Of a stretch of DNA of 64,000 nucleotides, positions 13,511 to 25,290 are shown piece by piece (the stretch's first letter is position 1; every line of letters starts with the position of its first letter). Position numbers and translations under genes: made by a program. The DNA comes from Vicugna vicugna (Eukaryota): the NCBI GenBank assembly GCA_013265495.1, contig MU058153.1:1242001-1306000 (forward strand), given 5' to 3'. Under the pieces are notes generated by a model that worked only from the letters and a program-made list of their open reading frames with translations, was not told the DNA's origin and made no database searches.

Positions 13511-14779
13511 AATTTGTTTTAAAGGATTAAATTTGCCTCTTACTATGATAGAAAGTTAATCTGAAAGTACTAAATGCTATCTGTTGTTTTGGCTTTACCA
13601 TTGGCCCAAGATTCTTTGGCCAACCTGCTTGGGTAGCAGGTGTCCTTCTTTTGCTGTCACTGATCCGTGTGAAAATTCCTGGATCCACCTTGCCGGTTTT
13701 AGATGATGGGCTTTTCAGCCATAGAACACCATTCTTGAGTTAAAAATTCTGTACAATTATCGTCAATCTAACAAGTGACATTGACTTTTCTAACGAACCA
13801 AGTGTTCAACAGCACAAGTAAGAGAGCTTATATCATTGTTCTTTTGGTAGTAATTCTGCATTTGTTTTGGTGCTTCCTAATTTATAAATACTTTCATGTA
13901 CATGATTTCATTATATTTTCACTACATTTCTATAAAGTAGAAAATATTATTCCCACGGGTGAAGGTGAGGAAATTGGCGTTTGCTAAGTCAGTCAGACAG
14001 CCACTTAACTACCTCTTTTAAGCATCTGACTTTAAAGGTTTCATATTTTTTTCCTGTTTTGGGCTCTAATATAGGAATATCTTAGCTTTATATTATCCAA
14101 TATCTTACTTAGCTTTTCAAAACAGGCAATGCAGAAAAAGCCTCAATGAACAAAGAAACAAAAATGTACCAAAAAATAAAGGAATATAACAAAAAGAAGC
14201 AAGCTTATTAAAAATGTATAACATTTCTGCATCATTTATCACACAAGATATTATCCTAAAAATGAGAGTATTAAATGAATCAGTATTATATGAGGTACTT
14301 AAATATTAATCCTTATAAAAGATATATTACTTATGCACAACAGAAATTTAGAGGACTTTACCAGCTAGCCTCTTTCTAGCATTTACTATAATTGTCCTTG
14401 TGGTGCAAGTATAGCCTTTTCTAAGATTAGAGCAAGACCATCACCCATCTGACCTTCAGTAGTGTCTGGCGGTAATAAAATTATATTTTAATATTTAGTA
14501 TGTACTTGAAACATTAAAATAACGTTTTGTATGCTTATTCTTTGGAAAGTCATCAAAATATTTGTCGATTTTCATGACCATTGGCCAGAAAACGAGGTAT
14601 TAATGACAGAAAGACGACTGTGTTGTAAACCAGGGAACCTTTTGTTGAATGCCACTGAAAGAGCAGTTAGGCATGACGGCTCAGAGTGTACAAGAGTTCA
14701 CTCCACTGCCCTCACTGATGGTTACTAGGAAAAAAAAATCACTCTTTCACATGCTGCTAAGTGAGGTGTACTTGCAGTT

Positions 14780-14990
14780 AGCATCTATTGAGTGACTTCT
14801 GTGTGCTGGGCATATTGAAAACACTATTTCATTTATTCCTAGTGTTTATTTCCTAGATGAGAAAACTGAGGCTCAAAGTAGATTTTTAAAAAGAGCAAAA
14901 ACTTGCACGCTGTTCCATAGCTGGTAAGCGATGATTAGGATTTTAATCAGATGCATTTGACGTGGGAGTCCCCATGGTTTTCCCCCTAGA
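14780..14990 (-). mobile_element. MIR SINE
   Basis: 'tattgagtgacttctgtgtgctgggca...ctagatgagaaaactgaggctcaaag...acttgc...agctggtaag' is the reverse-strand MIR core. Confidence 0.8.
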
Positions 14991-15475
14991 TTAGGCAAAC
15001 TCAGACATAAACAGTTTTAAAGAAAGCTTTCTATCTCTGTGTTACCGAGGGTGCTTTTCTGCATGGTCCTTGAGTTGGCTTTAAGCCTGTCCTTGCTTTT
15101 GACTTAATTGCTTTTTAGCTATAGGATTAACTCTCTTCAAGGAAAAACAATTTAAACAGAACAAGTGTTTGTTTCTATTCAGACTCATACATCCAGGAGA
15201 GCAAAGGAATAATAGAGGTCATCTTTTAAAATGCTTTTGTGACACAGATGCAGAAAATAAGGCTTCCCAAGATCACAATTAGGAAAGAAGCAGACCTGGA
15301 ACCAGAACTCTAATATCACAAATCTATATTCTTCCCAGTAAAAGAAACTACATGGTTACCTTTTATGTCAATCTCTTGATTTTTTTCCCATAGAAATCTT
15401 GCCAGAAAATAAACTTTGAATTTTCTTTCTTGCAGAAGGAAATAATAAACCAGCATCAATTACGTATGAACACAC

Positions 15476-16003
15476 TACTGGGGAGGTGGAAATTTCCCTC
15501 CTACCACCCTTGTATTCTTTTGACTGGTCTAATAAATAAATTGACACAAGACAGATTAACCAGAATAAAAAGCAATTTAATTTATATACATGAGATTCTT
15601 ATAGAAATAGGAGCCTTGAAGCAACCAAGGAAGGCTGTTTTATATCACTTTTAGATAAACAATGTTTGTGAAGATTTAACAAAATGAAGGGGCTTGTGCT
15701 TTGGGCAGCCGACTAATAAAGAGGTAACAAAGTTTATTTATACAGCGTTCTTAGCCTTGAGCTCCCTAAATCTGTGATAAGGATGCTTTCTATCCTGCTG
15801 GTATAGAGAGGCTACCTTCACAAGGGAGATATTATATTTCTCACTTTCAGGGGGAAAGCGGAGAATCCGAGTTTTGTTTTGTTTTGTCTTATCTTTTGAT
15901 ACCTTTTTTTTTTCTGCACCAGCTGTGTCTCAAGTAATTTCATTTAAAGTAGTCAATATGCCATTGAAGCATCTTTTAGGGTAGCCTGCCCTGGACCCAA
16001 ACA
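15476..16003 (-). mobile_element. 3' LTR of the ERV1 provirus
   Basis: Aligns end to end with 20183-20700. On the minus strand it starts with TG right after the PPT, has a TATAAAA-like box (15638-15644) and ATTAAA (15576-15581). Confidence 0.9.
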
Positions 16004-16015
16004 GTTCCCTCCTCT
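16004..16015 (-). other. Polypurine tract (PPT)
   Basis: Minus strand reads AGAGGAGGGAAC immediately before the TG of the 3' LTR. Confidence 0.85.
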
Positions 16016-19000
16016 GAAACTTCCTTTGCAAGTTTCACATATTACAAGTTGAGCTGCTATTCTGTTCCATCTTGTTGAATCAGTCCATTCATCTTGACAA
16101 TAGGTTAGTCCAGTTGAACTCATTTCAGGAATTGATGGTAAAGGTGGATTCCCAAAGTTAAGTCTATCATGCAGGCAATCAGGTATTTAATAAGAGTCAT
16201 TTCTATGGAGACAAAAGAAAAAACAATGGTTAATAATTGGAGGAAATTATCCATCAGTTTCTGAGTTTTGAGGGTAGCTAGTTGAGAAGAATTCTACATG
16301 CCAGGGTTGAAGCTTCTTTTGTAGTTTGAATGTCTCTAATGATGTCATCAGGTGTTCAGGTAAATTTTCAGAGTGGTCCATAGAGCAATAGGCATGAAGA
16401 AACTTGTCTAAACATGAGCTATTGTGGTCATTTTTCCAACGTTTATATTAAGGCATGTAGCTTCCGTTTGTTGAACTTCAGGAAAAAGGGCCATTTTCAT
16501 TCTCAGTGAGTCCAAGACAAAGAGTGGGAGAAAACTGGAAATGTTATTTCAGAGAGTTATAGCCAGATATTTAAGAAAACTAGAAAAATTCAAGGTACAG
16601 CCTAGTTTTCAGGTAAATAGCAAAGCCTCAAGGAAAATTAACAGCACTAGGATCTAATATCCACAAGTGTGTGTTACAGTTTTTACTGCACCTTAATTTT
16701 TTTCCCCAAAACCCCCTCATTTTACCAAAGATAATCAAATTAAGACTCACCTGTTTACAAAGTAAGTCTAGCTAGATTCAATAAATTCAGCCTCATTATT
16801 TGCATAAGCACGGCATAATAACAATTAACCATATAGGCTTTTTTATATCTGCTTTGCTAGAACTTTCTATAGTCTACCGATTGAACTTTTAATAGCTTCT
16901 TGAAGCCGAAGAAACCAAGCCAAACATTTGCCATCAGACTTCTTTGCAATACCCATAGTTTTGTGTGAATTCCTCTCTTTTTGAGGTCCCCAAAATACTC
17001 TGGCTTCCTGGCCCTTTCAGGAAGGGACCTTCCTTACTCACCCGGTTAGGCTGCTGGGAACCCATAAGGCTATTTGTCCAAGGGGCTATTTGTTCATAAA
17101 GTCAACCTTAGTTTCTTAAAGCTGTCTGGTCATATGTAAGACTATGTATGTATTTCTCAAATATGACAACCCAGTCAAAACTTTGTTCATATAATCAACA
17201 TTTAAATTGTGTTCTGTTATGAAGAGAACAGCTTCTTACTGAACTTCTGCAAATAACTGTATTGCCAAGAGCATAAGAGTATTCACTGAGACTTTCTGAA
17301 TTCCAGAGGGATCAGATAAGGAGAAAAAGATAAATTTTCAATTCTACTTACAAAAGTATAATTTACCAAATTGCTTTAAGTCATAGTTAGTTTAAGAGAA
17401 AAGAGAAAAAGTTTTCCTTAAATCTGGAGAAACAAACCATTTGAAAAATCAATAATTTTTAAATTGAAAAAATCATAAAAGATACAGTTGTCTTCCTCAG
17501 TTCATTTAGTCCCATATAATTAATTCTTGTTTTGCTTGATCTTTTGTTAGTTTTATGAAGCCATCAGTTTCTCCATCAGGGTTTTATAAATTCTTACCCA
17601 GTTCAGAGGTATGATTTGAAAACCATCAGAAACTTGTTTTCTAGAGTACTTGTTAGATACCTTTCCATGACTTTTGCTGAAGATAAAACACATTTGCAAG
17701 AAGACTGTGTAAAAGCATCTAAGTAAAACCATAACTGTCTGTGAATGATAAAAGATTTTAAAAGGTCCATTATCAAAGATCTGATTTACTATAATGCAAT
17801 TGACAAGGAAATATGGTTGTCTCTGTAACATACAACATTTTAAGAGAATAACTGAAATTATAGCTGATAACATTATATTAAGATATATCCAAATTTTAGA
17901 AATTTCATATAATTTGTAGAACATTTACATTGATGGCATTTACTTATACAATATAATCTAAGAAGTTTTATTATTACTCATTTAACAAGACTTGCCATAT
18001 AATTACATACCAAATAAGGCTAATCTGTTTACTCTCGCCCTTTCATAGGGTAAGAAAACAAATCTTTTGAGGTGTTCCAGAAGCCCTTTGGAGAACCCCA
18101 AAGTTATTTGTAGATCAATAAGACTTTATGTAGAAGTTGACTTTTGGGAAATTTATCCAAAATATTGGAAAGGTTTTAAAACATTCGGTCAAATAGGCTC
18201 ATAGGTCACTGTGGAACAGTACTGAGTTATCCACTTAATCAAAGTGACAAAGACTTCACGGGAAAATAAAGGAAGTTAAATAGTTGTAAAAGTCTTTTAA
18301 TATTGGAAGGACCCAGTTTTCTTTTATGCTAGATAATCAAAGACATGATAAAGACCAAATATAGATTCTTTGTTTTTCTAGAGAGATTACATTCAAGGCA
18401 AAGAAAACCTTTGTTTACAATTTCTTATTAAAAGCAGGCCAGTAATCTAAGAAAACTTTGTTCCTTTAACAGAGAGAAAAACCAAACATTAATTTTGCAC
18501 CAGCTTACTTTGGATATTAAAACTCATTTACTTAATTAAATTTTTTTCTAATCTTAGTCGGTCCTAACCATATATAAAATTCCTTTTCAAATATTCCTCT
18601 TTTTTCTCAAGTAGGAGACAATTTTGCTCCGATATCCTGATCTTTTGTAATATCTACAAGCATTTTGAAAGGAATGGGTGAGTCTGGGGATCGATAAAAG
18701 TAGATGGGCCTTGTCTTGTTTCTAGAGTTGCATTTCTGGTTTTGTCGGGATTTGCAAGACAAAGATAGTTGTTTCTATTAGCTCTTGAATATTGACATCC
18801 AGCTCATCTATTTTTTGATTTTTTGTGGCTGAATCTGGGGAACTGCTGAGGAGATGGGTGATTTTTTTTTTTCCTTAAGAAAGGGAATTTATGTCGAGTC
18901 TTTAAGTCTAATTTCTGTTCTTCTTCCTCTTATTATTATTATTAAGATGTTTTTAATAAGGGATTAATTCTTTCATATTAATAAGGATTCTCTAAGGCTA

Positions 19001-20162
19001 GTCATTATACTGTGCGTGTGTGTATTCCTTTCAATTTGATCCTTCCCTAAGTACCAGTATGGCAGCTGTTTATGATGAGAGCTTTTAAAATAATTCCTTT
19101 CAAATATAGCCATTTTTAAAGCTCCATCATCTGGTTATTGACAAGTAGGATGTTATATTAATTTCAAATAGGTACTCAAGTCAGTAAGCCTTTTATGTAG
19201 TGTAATCAAAGATACAAGTGGCATCTCCCAAGAGAGTACGTGGCCCTCACAAGATCCAGAGAGGTCACTCCCAGAGTTAGTCTAAGAAAGAAAGAGTCCT
19301 TTCCTGGTACAGGTGGTAAGAATGGTATAAAAATGGTGTCTCCAGGTTCCTACGAGAAATGTGTGACACTTCTAGTTATAGACCCATTAACATGTGACAC
19401 CGAGCAGGCACTACTGGGATGACACTTTTCTAGCACTAACAAGTAACAGAGGTTGAGATGACAAAGGTCCCTTATGGACTGGGACCCCTTATGACAAACT
19501 TCCCTATGAGCTGGCCTGGCCGGACAAAGAGACTGCTGCTTGACTCCTTGTCTGGGATCCCGAGTCTATTCAGCTGGTCACCATGTGCACCCCAGTAAGT
19601 GCAGCTTTCAGATGCTGGAGATCGGGGAGGATGTGCTCACTGGTCACAAGCCTAAGCTCTCAGGAAATAGAACAAGACAGAAGGGAAAACTGTATCCTGT
19701 TTTTACATAGAAGACCCATAGCAAGGCTTGTCTAAACAGACTCTGGTCTGCTGAGCCACGAGCTCACCAGTCTGCGAAGCCAGGTCAGACAGCAGGCTGA
19801 TGAAGGGTCTAAAACTGCTGTTCTTTTCTACGGTTCTTCCTCCTTATGACAAAGGACTCAGAGACAAAGAAAAAGAGTGACCATCTCGGAGAAGAAAGGA
19901 TCAATAAAACTTATACACATTTACCCAACACCAGAGTCACTATGATCTACAGAACTCATTCCACGAATATTTTTCTTGTGCTAGTCTAAGTTTAGAAAGA
20001 GAGAAAAAGGATGCTCCCCACCTTTTCCTTTCCATCTGATCCTGCAGGCAGAGGTCCAGGAGGCCGCTTTGCTAAGAACTCTTACCTCCTGCCAGCCTTT
20101 ATCAGGGGTCCCAGGAGCCTCCAGCTGCGTTCAGGAGAGTGGGATAGTGAGGTCCAGCCAGT

Positions 20163-20180
20163 ATCCTGCTGGCCACACCA
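20163..20180 (-). other. Primer-binding site, tRNA-Ser type
   Basis: Minus strand reads TGGTGTGGCCAGCAGGAT, 2 nt after the LTR's terminal CA. It matches the tRNA-Ser PBS TGGCGTAGTCGGCAGGAT at 14/18. All four mismatches are transitions and two are at CpGs. Confidence 0.75.
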
Positions 20181-20182
20181 AA

Positions 20183-20700
20183 TGTCAAGGAGAGGGAAAT
20201 TTCTTCCTTACCCGACTAGAGTTCTTTTGGCTGGTCTAATAACTAAATTGACAGAGGACAGATTAACAGGAGGGAAAAAAATGTAATTTGTATACACAGG
20301 GTTCTTATAGAAATAGAACCCTTGAAATGACTGAAGAAGGTTGTTTTTATATCACTTTTAGACCAAAAAAAAGGGCAGTTATTTGTGAAGATTTAACAAA
20401 GGGGCTTGTGCTTGGGTAGTAGACTTATAAAAAAAGAAGCAACAGTGTGTTTTTATGCCTTTCTTAGCCTTGAATTCCATAACTCTGTGATAAGAATGCT
20501 TTTTTTTCTCTCCTCCTGGCACAGAGAGAATGCCTTCACATGGGAGATTTATTTCTCAACTTCAGGGGAAAAGAGGGGAGTGTCAGACTGGTATATTTTA
20601 TATCATTTTTTCCATAAGCTGTTTCTCAAGTAATTTTAATTCAAAATATTTAACACACCATTGAAGCATATTTTGGGGCAGCCTGCCCTGGGCTCCAATA
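20183..20700 (-). mobile_element. 5' LTR of the ERV1 provirus
   Basis: Homologous to 15476-16003. Ends ...TGACA on the minus strand before the PBS, and has a TATAAAA box at 20345-20351. Confidence 0.9.
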
Positions 20701-20789
20701 ACACTCTTCAAGGGATTCATGTCTGAAAGAAGGAGCCTCACCTGGCAGCTTAATCTGGTCTGATTTACTTGTTCATTTTATGTATACAT

Positions 20790-21100
20790 TTGATGAGATT
20801 CTTCCCTGATACCTATACATCACCTACATTTGGCCTCTCCTCGACCTTCACTGCCACGGCACCATTCTTCACAGTACTGACCACAGTGTGTTATTATCAG
20901 GTTGTTTTGTTCTGCATATTTGCATATTGGCCGTCTCTCCTCCCTGGAATGTAAATTCCAAGGGGACATGTACCTAGTCTGGCTTCCTCATATATATTTA
21001 TCCCTTTCATATTTCTTAAAGAGAACCCAGCACACAGCAGGCCCTTCTGAAGATTAGTTGAATGACTAAATGTTTTTTTTAAATGAATGAATGATTGAAT
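20790..21100 (+). mobile_element. L2 LINE 3' end
   Basis: 'ctggaatgtaaattccaaggggaca...cccagcacacagcaggccct...ttgaatga...aatgaatgaatga' is the L2 terminus. Confidence 0.75.
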
Positions 21101-21991
21101 AAAAGACATTCGTATGTCCTACTCTAGAACTTATGCTGAAAAGCATTACTAAACTAACAGGAATACAATACAGTGCTTTCAGTGAGTGCTTCTAGGCACC
21201 ACAAACCCTTACTTTTTTTATAACCTAAAATTACAAAGTGTCCTTATGTTCACGATCTCATTTGAGGCTTGTAATTGTTAACCTTGGGCATCCCGGTCCA
21301 AGTCCAATTCTGTCCAATATAGAACAATAGATAAATACTATAATTTTAAGGAAAAAAAATATGGATTTGACACTAGGAATCATGCCCTGTAAAAAAGCAA
21401 ACGGTAAAGAAAAGAAAAATATTTTAAAAGTTAGTAATTTCCTCTTCCCTTCTACTGGGCATTGTAATCGCACTTCTCTGAAGTAATCAGCATTAACAGC
21501 ATGAAGTACATGCCTTCCAAAACTTTACTAATATTTCAAAGGCTCAGTTATGCCAGTTCCCTCCAGTGCTCCTCCTTACCTTTGATACGCATCTGTGTGT
21601 CAATGAAAAGGAAGTGGAAAGGAAAAGAAACCAAAAAAATAATCTAAAGTCCTTTGTTTAGGGAAGCAATTTTGCCTAATATTTTTTTCTTTTAATATTT
21701 TGAATAGATTCTTACCAGATTCCTCTGTGCCCCAAAGTAAACATTAAATTTACTAAATTAACCAGAATGAGGAAATATTTTTTTTTTTAACTTGTCATCT
21801 CTCCAGCCTCGTTCTCTGGAAGTCCTACCTGTTCTAAAAAACTGAGTCTCCAGTATACGAACTCAACTGCAGAGAGGAGCTCAGGGGGCCCCGGCAGGGT
21901 TAAGGCTTCCTAAGCCACTGTGGCTTCTGCAGTGGAACGTGCTTCTTGCCGGAGTCCACAGGGTAACTTTCCTCCCCTAAAAGGAGGACTT

Positions 21992-22492
21992 TAAAGAAAA
22001 TGTGATGTGTGTGTGTGTGTGTGTGTGCATATGTAAAATATGGAAGGTTACTCAGCCATGAAAACAATGAAATAATGCCATTTACAGCAACATGGAAGGA
22101 CCTAGAGATTATTATACTAAGTGAGGTATACTGAGTCAGACAGAGAAAGACAAATATCATAGTATATCCCTTATATATGGAATCAAAAAAAAATGATGAA
22201 CTTATTTCCAAAACACAAACAGACTCACATAGAAAACAAACTTACGGTTACCAAAGTGGGAAGGAAAGGGAAAGGGACAAATTAGGAGCTTGAGATTTGC
22301 AGATACTAACTACTATATATAAAATAGATAAACAAGGTCCTGCTGTACAGCATAGGGAACTATATTCAATATCTTGTAATAATCTATAATGAAACATAAT
22401 ATATTAAAACTGAATTACTATGCTGTCCACCAGAAACTAACACAACATTATAAATCAACTAAACTTCAACAAAAATTATTTTTTTAATTTTT
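21992..22492 (+). mobile_element. 5'-truncated L1 3' end (cetartiodactyl/camelid-type) with an internal (TG)n
   Basis: ORF2 C-terminal phrase 'aatgaaataatgccatttacagcaacatgga' and 3' UTR 'gagatttgcagatactaactactatatataaaatagataaac...tgctgtccaccagaaactaacacaacatt'. Candidate TSD taaaaggaggactt / taaaagaaggattt (12/14). Confidence 0.9.
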
Positions 22493-22593
22493 TAAAAGAA
22501 GGATTTAAAAATCTGTTCTCTGAGAAACGTACTCATTTAGTCTAGATGAATGTTTGCTTTAGATTATTTTTTGATTCCTATTTCTATTTAGAT

Positions 22594-22992
22594 GGTTAAA
22601 AAACAAAATTTAATTGAGTAAATTTTAAAGGTCTTACTGGCTTTATCCAACAAATCATGAATCAGGCAGCATCCAATCTAGCAGAGAGAAAGGAGCTCTG
22701 AGGAGCTGTACAAAATGAGACACTTTGAAAGGAGCAGAAATGAGGAAGAATTAGCAAGAAATGAGCAGAACTAGCAAGAAAGGGGACTGGTTATTGCAAG
22801 GTTTCTTTACTTTAGGTACAACCAGGCTCTGTCGGTGGATTACCTAACCAGTGCTGATCAGGTGATGCCTGACTTACTGGTTTGACAATCCATTTCTAGG
22901 AGATCTGAAACTTAATTAATTAAGTCTCGGTTTGGTGACATGGGGCTTGGCCTAAATAACTCCATTTGGGGCCTGTTGTCTTGTTTTTAATG
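22594..22992 (-). mobile_element. Solo ERV1-type LTR (MER4-group-like), about 400 bp
   Basis: Degenerate inverted termini (ggttaaaaaacaa...ttgtttttaatg, compare TGTTAAAA...TTTTAACA) and flanks agat/agac as a candidate 4-bp TSD. Internal 'ttgagtaaattttaaagg...tcatgaatcaggcagcatcc' is typical of this LTR group. Strand is inferred. Confidence 0.7.
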
Positions 22993-23019
22993 AGACTGAT
23001 GTGCAAAAAAACCTTAAAA

Positions 23020-23190
23020 CTTTTAGAACAAGGGAAACTGAGAGCTCAGGGAACTTGAGACCCCTGCGTTTTAAGTAAGGAATAGGAGAACTAGTGAGAA
23101 AAAGTAACCTGTGTTCAGTCTCACAATCAGGGGCAAATCAAGACTGAAATCCTTACAGATTCCAAAATTACTCTTCTTCCCACGGCACCT
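23020..23190 (-). mobile_element. MIR fragment
   Basis: 'gggaaactgagagctcag...aaagtaacctgtgttcagtctcaca...aagactgaaatcc'. Confidence 0.5.
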
Positions 23191-24452
23191 GTGCTGTGAA
23201 GGCGGCTGCTAAGGGCTCCCCAAAGATGGATTTCTTTTATGAACTTTCAAAACTACAGGATGGCTAGACCCAGCAAACCAAAAAAAAAAAAAATTATATG
23301 GCAATCACATAAAAGAAAGAGAGGAAGGAAATCAAACCATATTTTTTAAATGAAGATAAATAATTGGAGGGCTTGTCTTAAGAGGGGAATAATGGGAAAG
23401 AGGACCACAGTGAAAACAGTTGCATTATTCTGAAAGCAAAGGTGGGTGGGTAGTTAGCACACAGCACAACCCTGTTAAGAAGAGGATACTGCTGAGAACA
23501 GACAGGTTGCACCCAGGTCCCTCGCATTAGTTTCTCGCAGAGAGGACGTAACTGGTGAATGGAAGGGTGAGCAGCCTTCTCTGAGTTAAGTAGACTGATC
23601 TTGCTTCTCATCATCTATATCCTGCCAAACTCAACAGCACCATCTTTGAGCAGAAAGAGCTCATTCTTGGCATCCTTCCTTTTCACTTAAAACCGCATCA
23701 TTTATGATGACTAAGAATCCTAGAATCAAAACTAAAAGGGACCTTCAGTGACATCCAGTTCAACCTCCTCCTTTGATAGATAAATCCCAGAAATTAATGA
23801 AACCAACTGGAGAGAATGAAAGTCATGTGTGAGGAGAGTGGGCTGTCAGTGTCTGACTTGGGTAAATCGAATGGCTATGGCCTTAGCACCTGAACCTAAC
23901 TGAATTATCGCCGGAATTGGAAAGAATAGAAATGAAAAAGCATCAACCCGTTTGTTTGCATTCTGTGTCCATGGTGGCATAAGCTTGCTCTGCTCATTTG
24001 GTGCATATTAATGAAGTTGACCCTAGGGCAGGATAAATTAGAAAGTATTCTGTGGGATGTTTGTCTAAGATGAGAGGAGTTTAAATAAGCTGTAATATTT
24101 ACAGAGTCTCTTTCCTCCCAAAGCACACAAGCGTCTACATCCCTCTCGATTTCAGGGCTGAGTGCCTATCACTGTATCACCATTTTCATTTTACAGATAA
24201 GGAGAGCATGTGACAGAGAGGAAAGGTTTGAACCTGGCTAATTTTTCTCTTAATCCTGCTTTTTGTCAGTCCAATTTCTAGCTATTAGAATACAGCCTAT
24301 TAAACTCCGGGCCTTTGTAAAAATTGGTGCCTCAAATTGAGCCGGGAGCGAGCATTCCTGAAAAATTTTCCCCAGTGGTTACTGAAGCTTCCTTTTTTTA
24401 TATACTTGGTTTCACTTATGAGGTTGGGGTTAAAAAACAATCTGTTTTGATC

Positions 24453-24617
24453 TATTGAACTATATTCGGTACCTTGTAATGATCCACAATGAAAAAGAAA
24501 ACAAAAAGGAGTATGTATGGATATGTATCAATGAATTACTATGAGGTACACCAGAAATTAGCACATCATTGTAAATCGACTCTAATTCAATGCACAGTAT
24601 TTTTAATAAAAAAAAAA
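24453..24617 (+). mobile_element. Short L1 3'-terminal fragment with A-tail
   Basis: 'gaactatattcggtaccttgtaat...gtacaccagaaattagcacatcattgtaaatcgact' followed by an A-run; same 3' UTR family as 21992-22492. Confidence 0.8.
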
Positions 24618-24752
24618 CTGTTTCAGAATATGAGCCAGATAGACACACACATCTATGCATATATATATAATTTAATATTAGTTTATAATTACAATATAGA
24701 AGGAAAGAGCTCTCTGTGTCACACATACACACGCATCTCTGCCAATGCTTCC

Positions 24753-25290
24753 TGTGACAGGTAATTTTATCTGTCACCTGATTAGGCTACAGTGCCTAGA
24801 TGTTTGGTCAGACACCAAGCCAGATGTTTCTGTGAAGGTGTATTTTAGATGAGATTAACACTTCAGTCAGTGGGCCTTGAGTGAAGCATCTCATCCTCCA
24901 TAACATGGATGCTCTTCACTCAATCAGTTGAAGGTCGTAAGGGAAAATACTGAAGTTCCCCGTGGAGGAGGGAATTCTGTCTCCAGACAGACCACCTTCA
25001 GACTCAAGACTCAAGACTCTAGCATCAACCCCTGCCAGAATATTCAGCCTGCTGGCCTGCCTTGCAGCTTTCAGGCTTGCTAGCCTCCACAACTGTGTGA
25101 GCCAACTCCTTAAAACAAATCTTTCTCTCTCTATGTGTATATAAACACATATATATAGTCTGTAAACATATACATATATACACACATATATATCTACACA
25201 TACATATGTACATATATATACACACATACATATATACATATATATCTCCATCTTCTATTCTGTTGGTTCTTCTGAAGAACTCTAATAGAA
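24753..25290 (+). mobile_element. ERVL LTR, MLT2-like solo LTR with a (TA/CA)n tract
   Basis: 'tgtgacaggtaattttatctgtcacctgattaggcta...gatgagattaaca...caatcagttgaagg...ccacaactgtgtgagccaactccttaaaacaaatct...gaactctaata'. Flanks cttcc/tttcc are a candidate 5-bp TSD. Confidence 0.9.

Larger units (their letters stand above)
15476..20700 (-). mobile_element. Full-length non-autonomous ERV1 provirus (MER4-group-like): LTR-internal-LTR
   Basis: Two homologous direct repeats (15476-16003 and 20183-20700). ACAC TSD at 15472-15475 and 20701-20704. PBS at 20163-20180 and PPT at 16004-16015. The AT-rich internal region has no gag/pol/env ORF but carries MER4-int-like phrases ('cagcctcattatttgcataagcacggc', 'ttgaggtccccaaaatac'). 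Confidence 0.9.

Noticed and set aside
17553..17924. 123-aa ORF inside the ERV internal region
   Set aside because: It shows no gag, pol or env motifs and looks like an AT-rich chance ORF.
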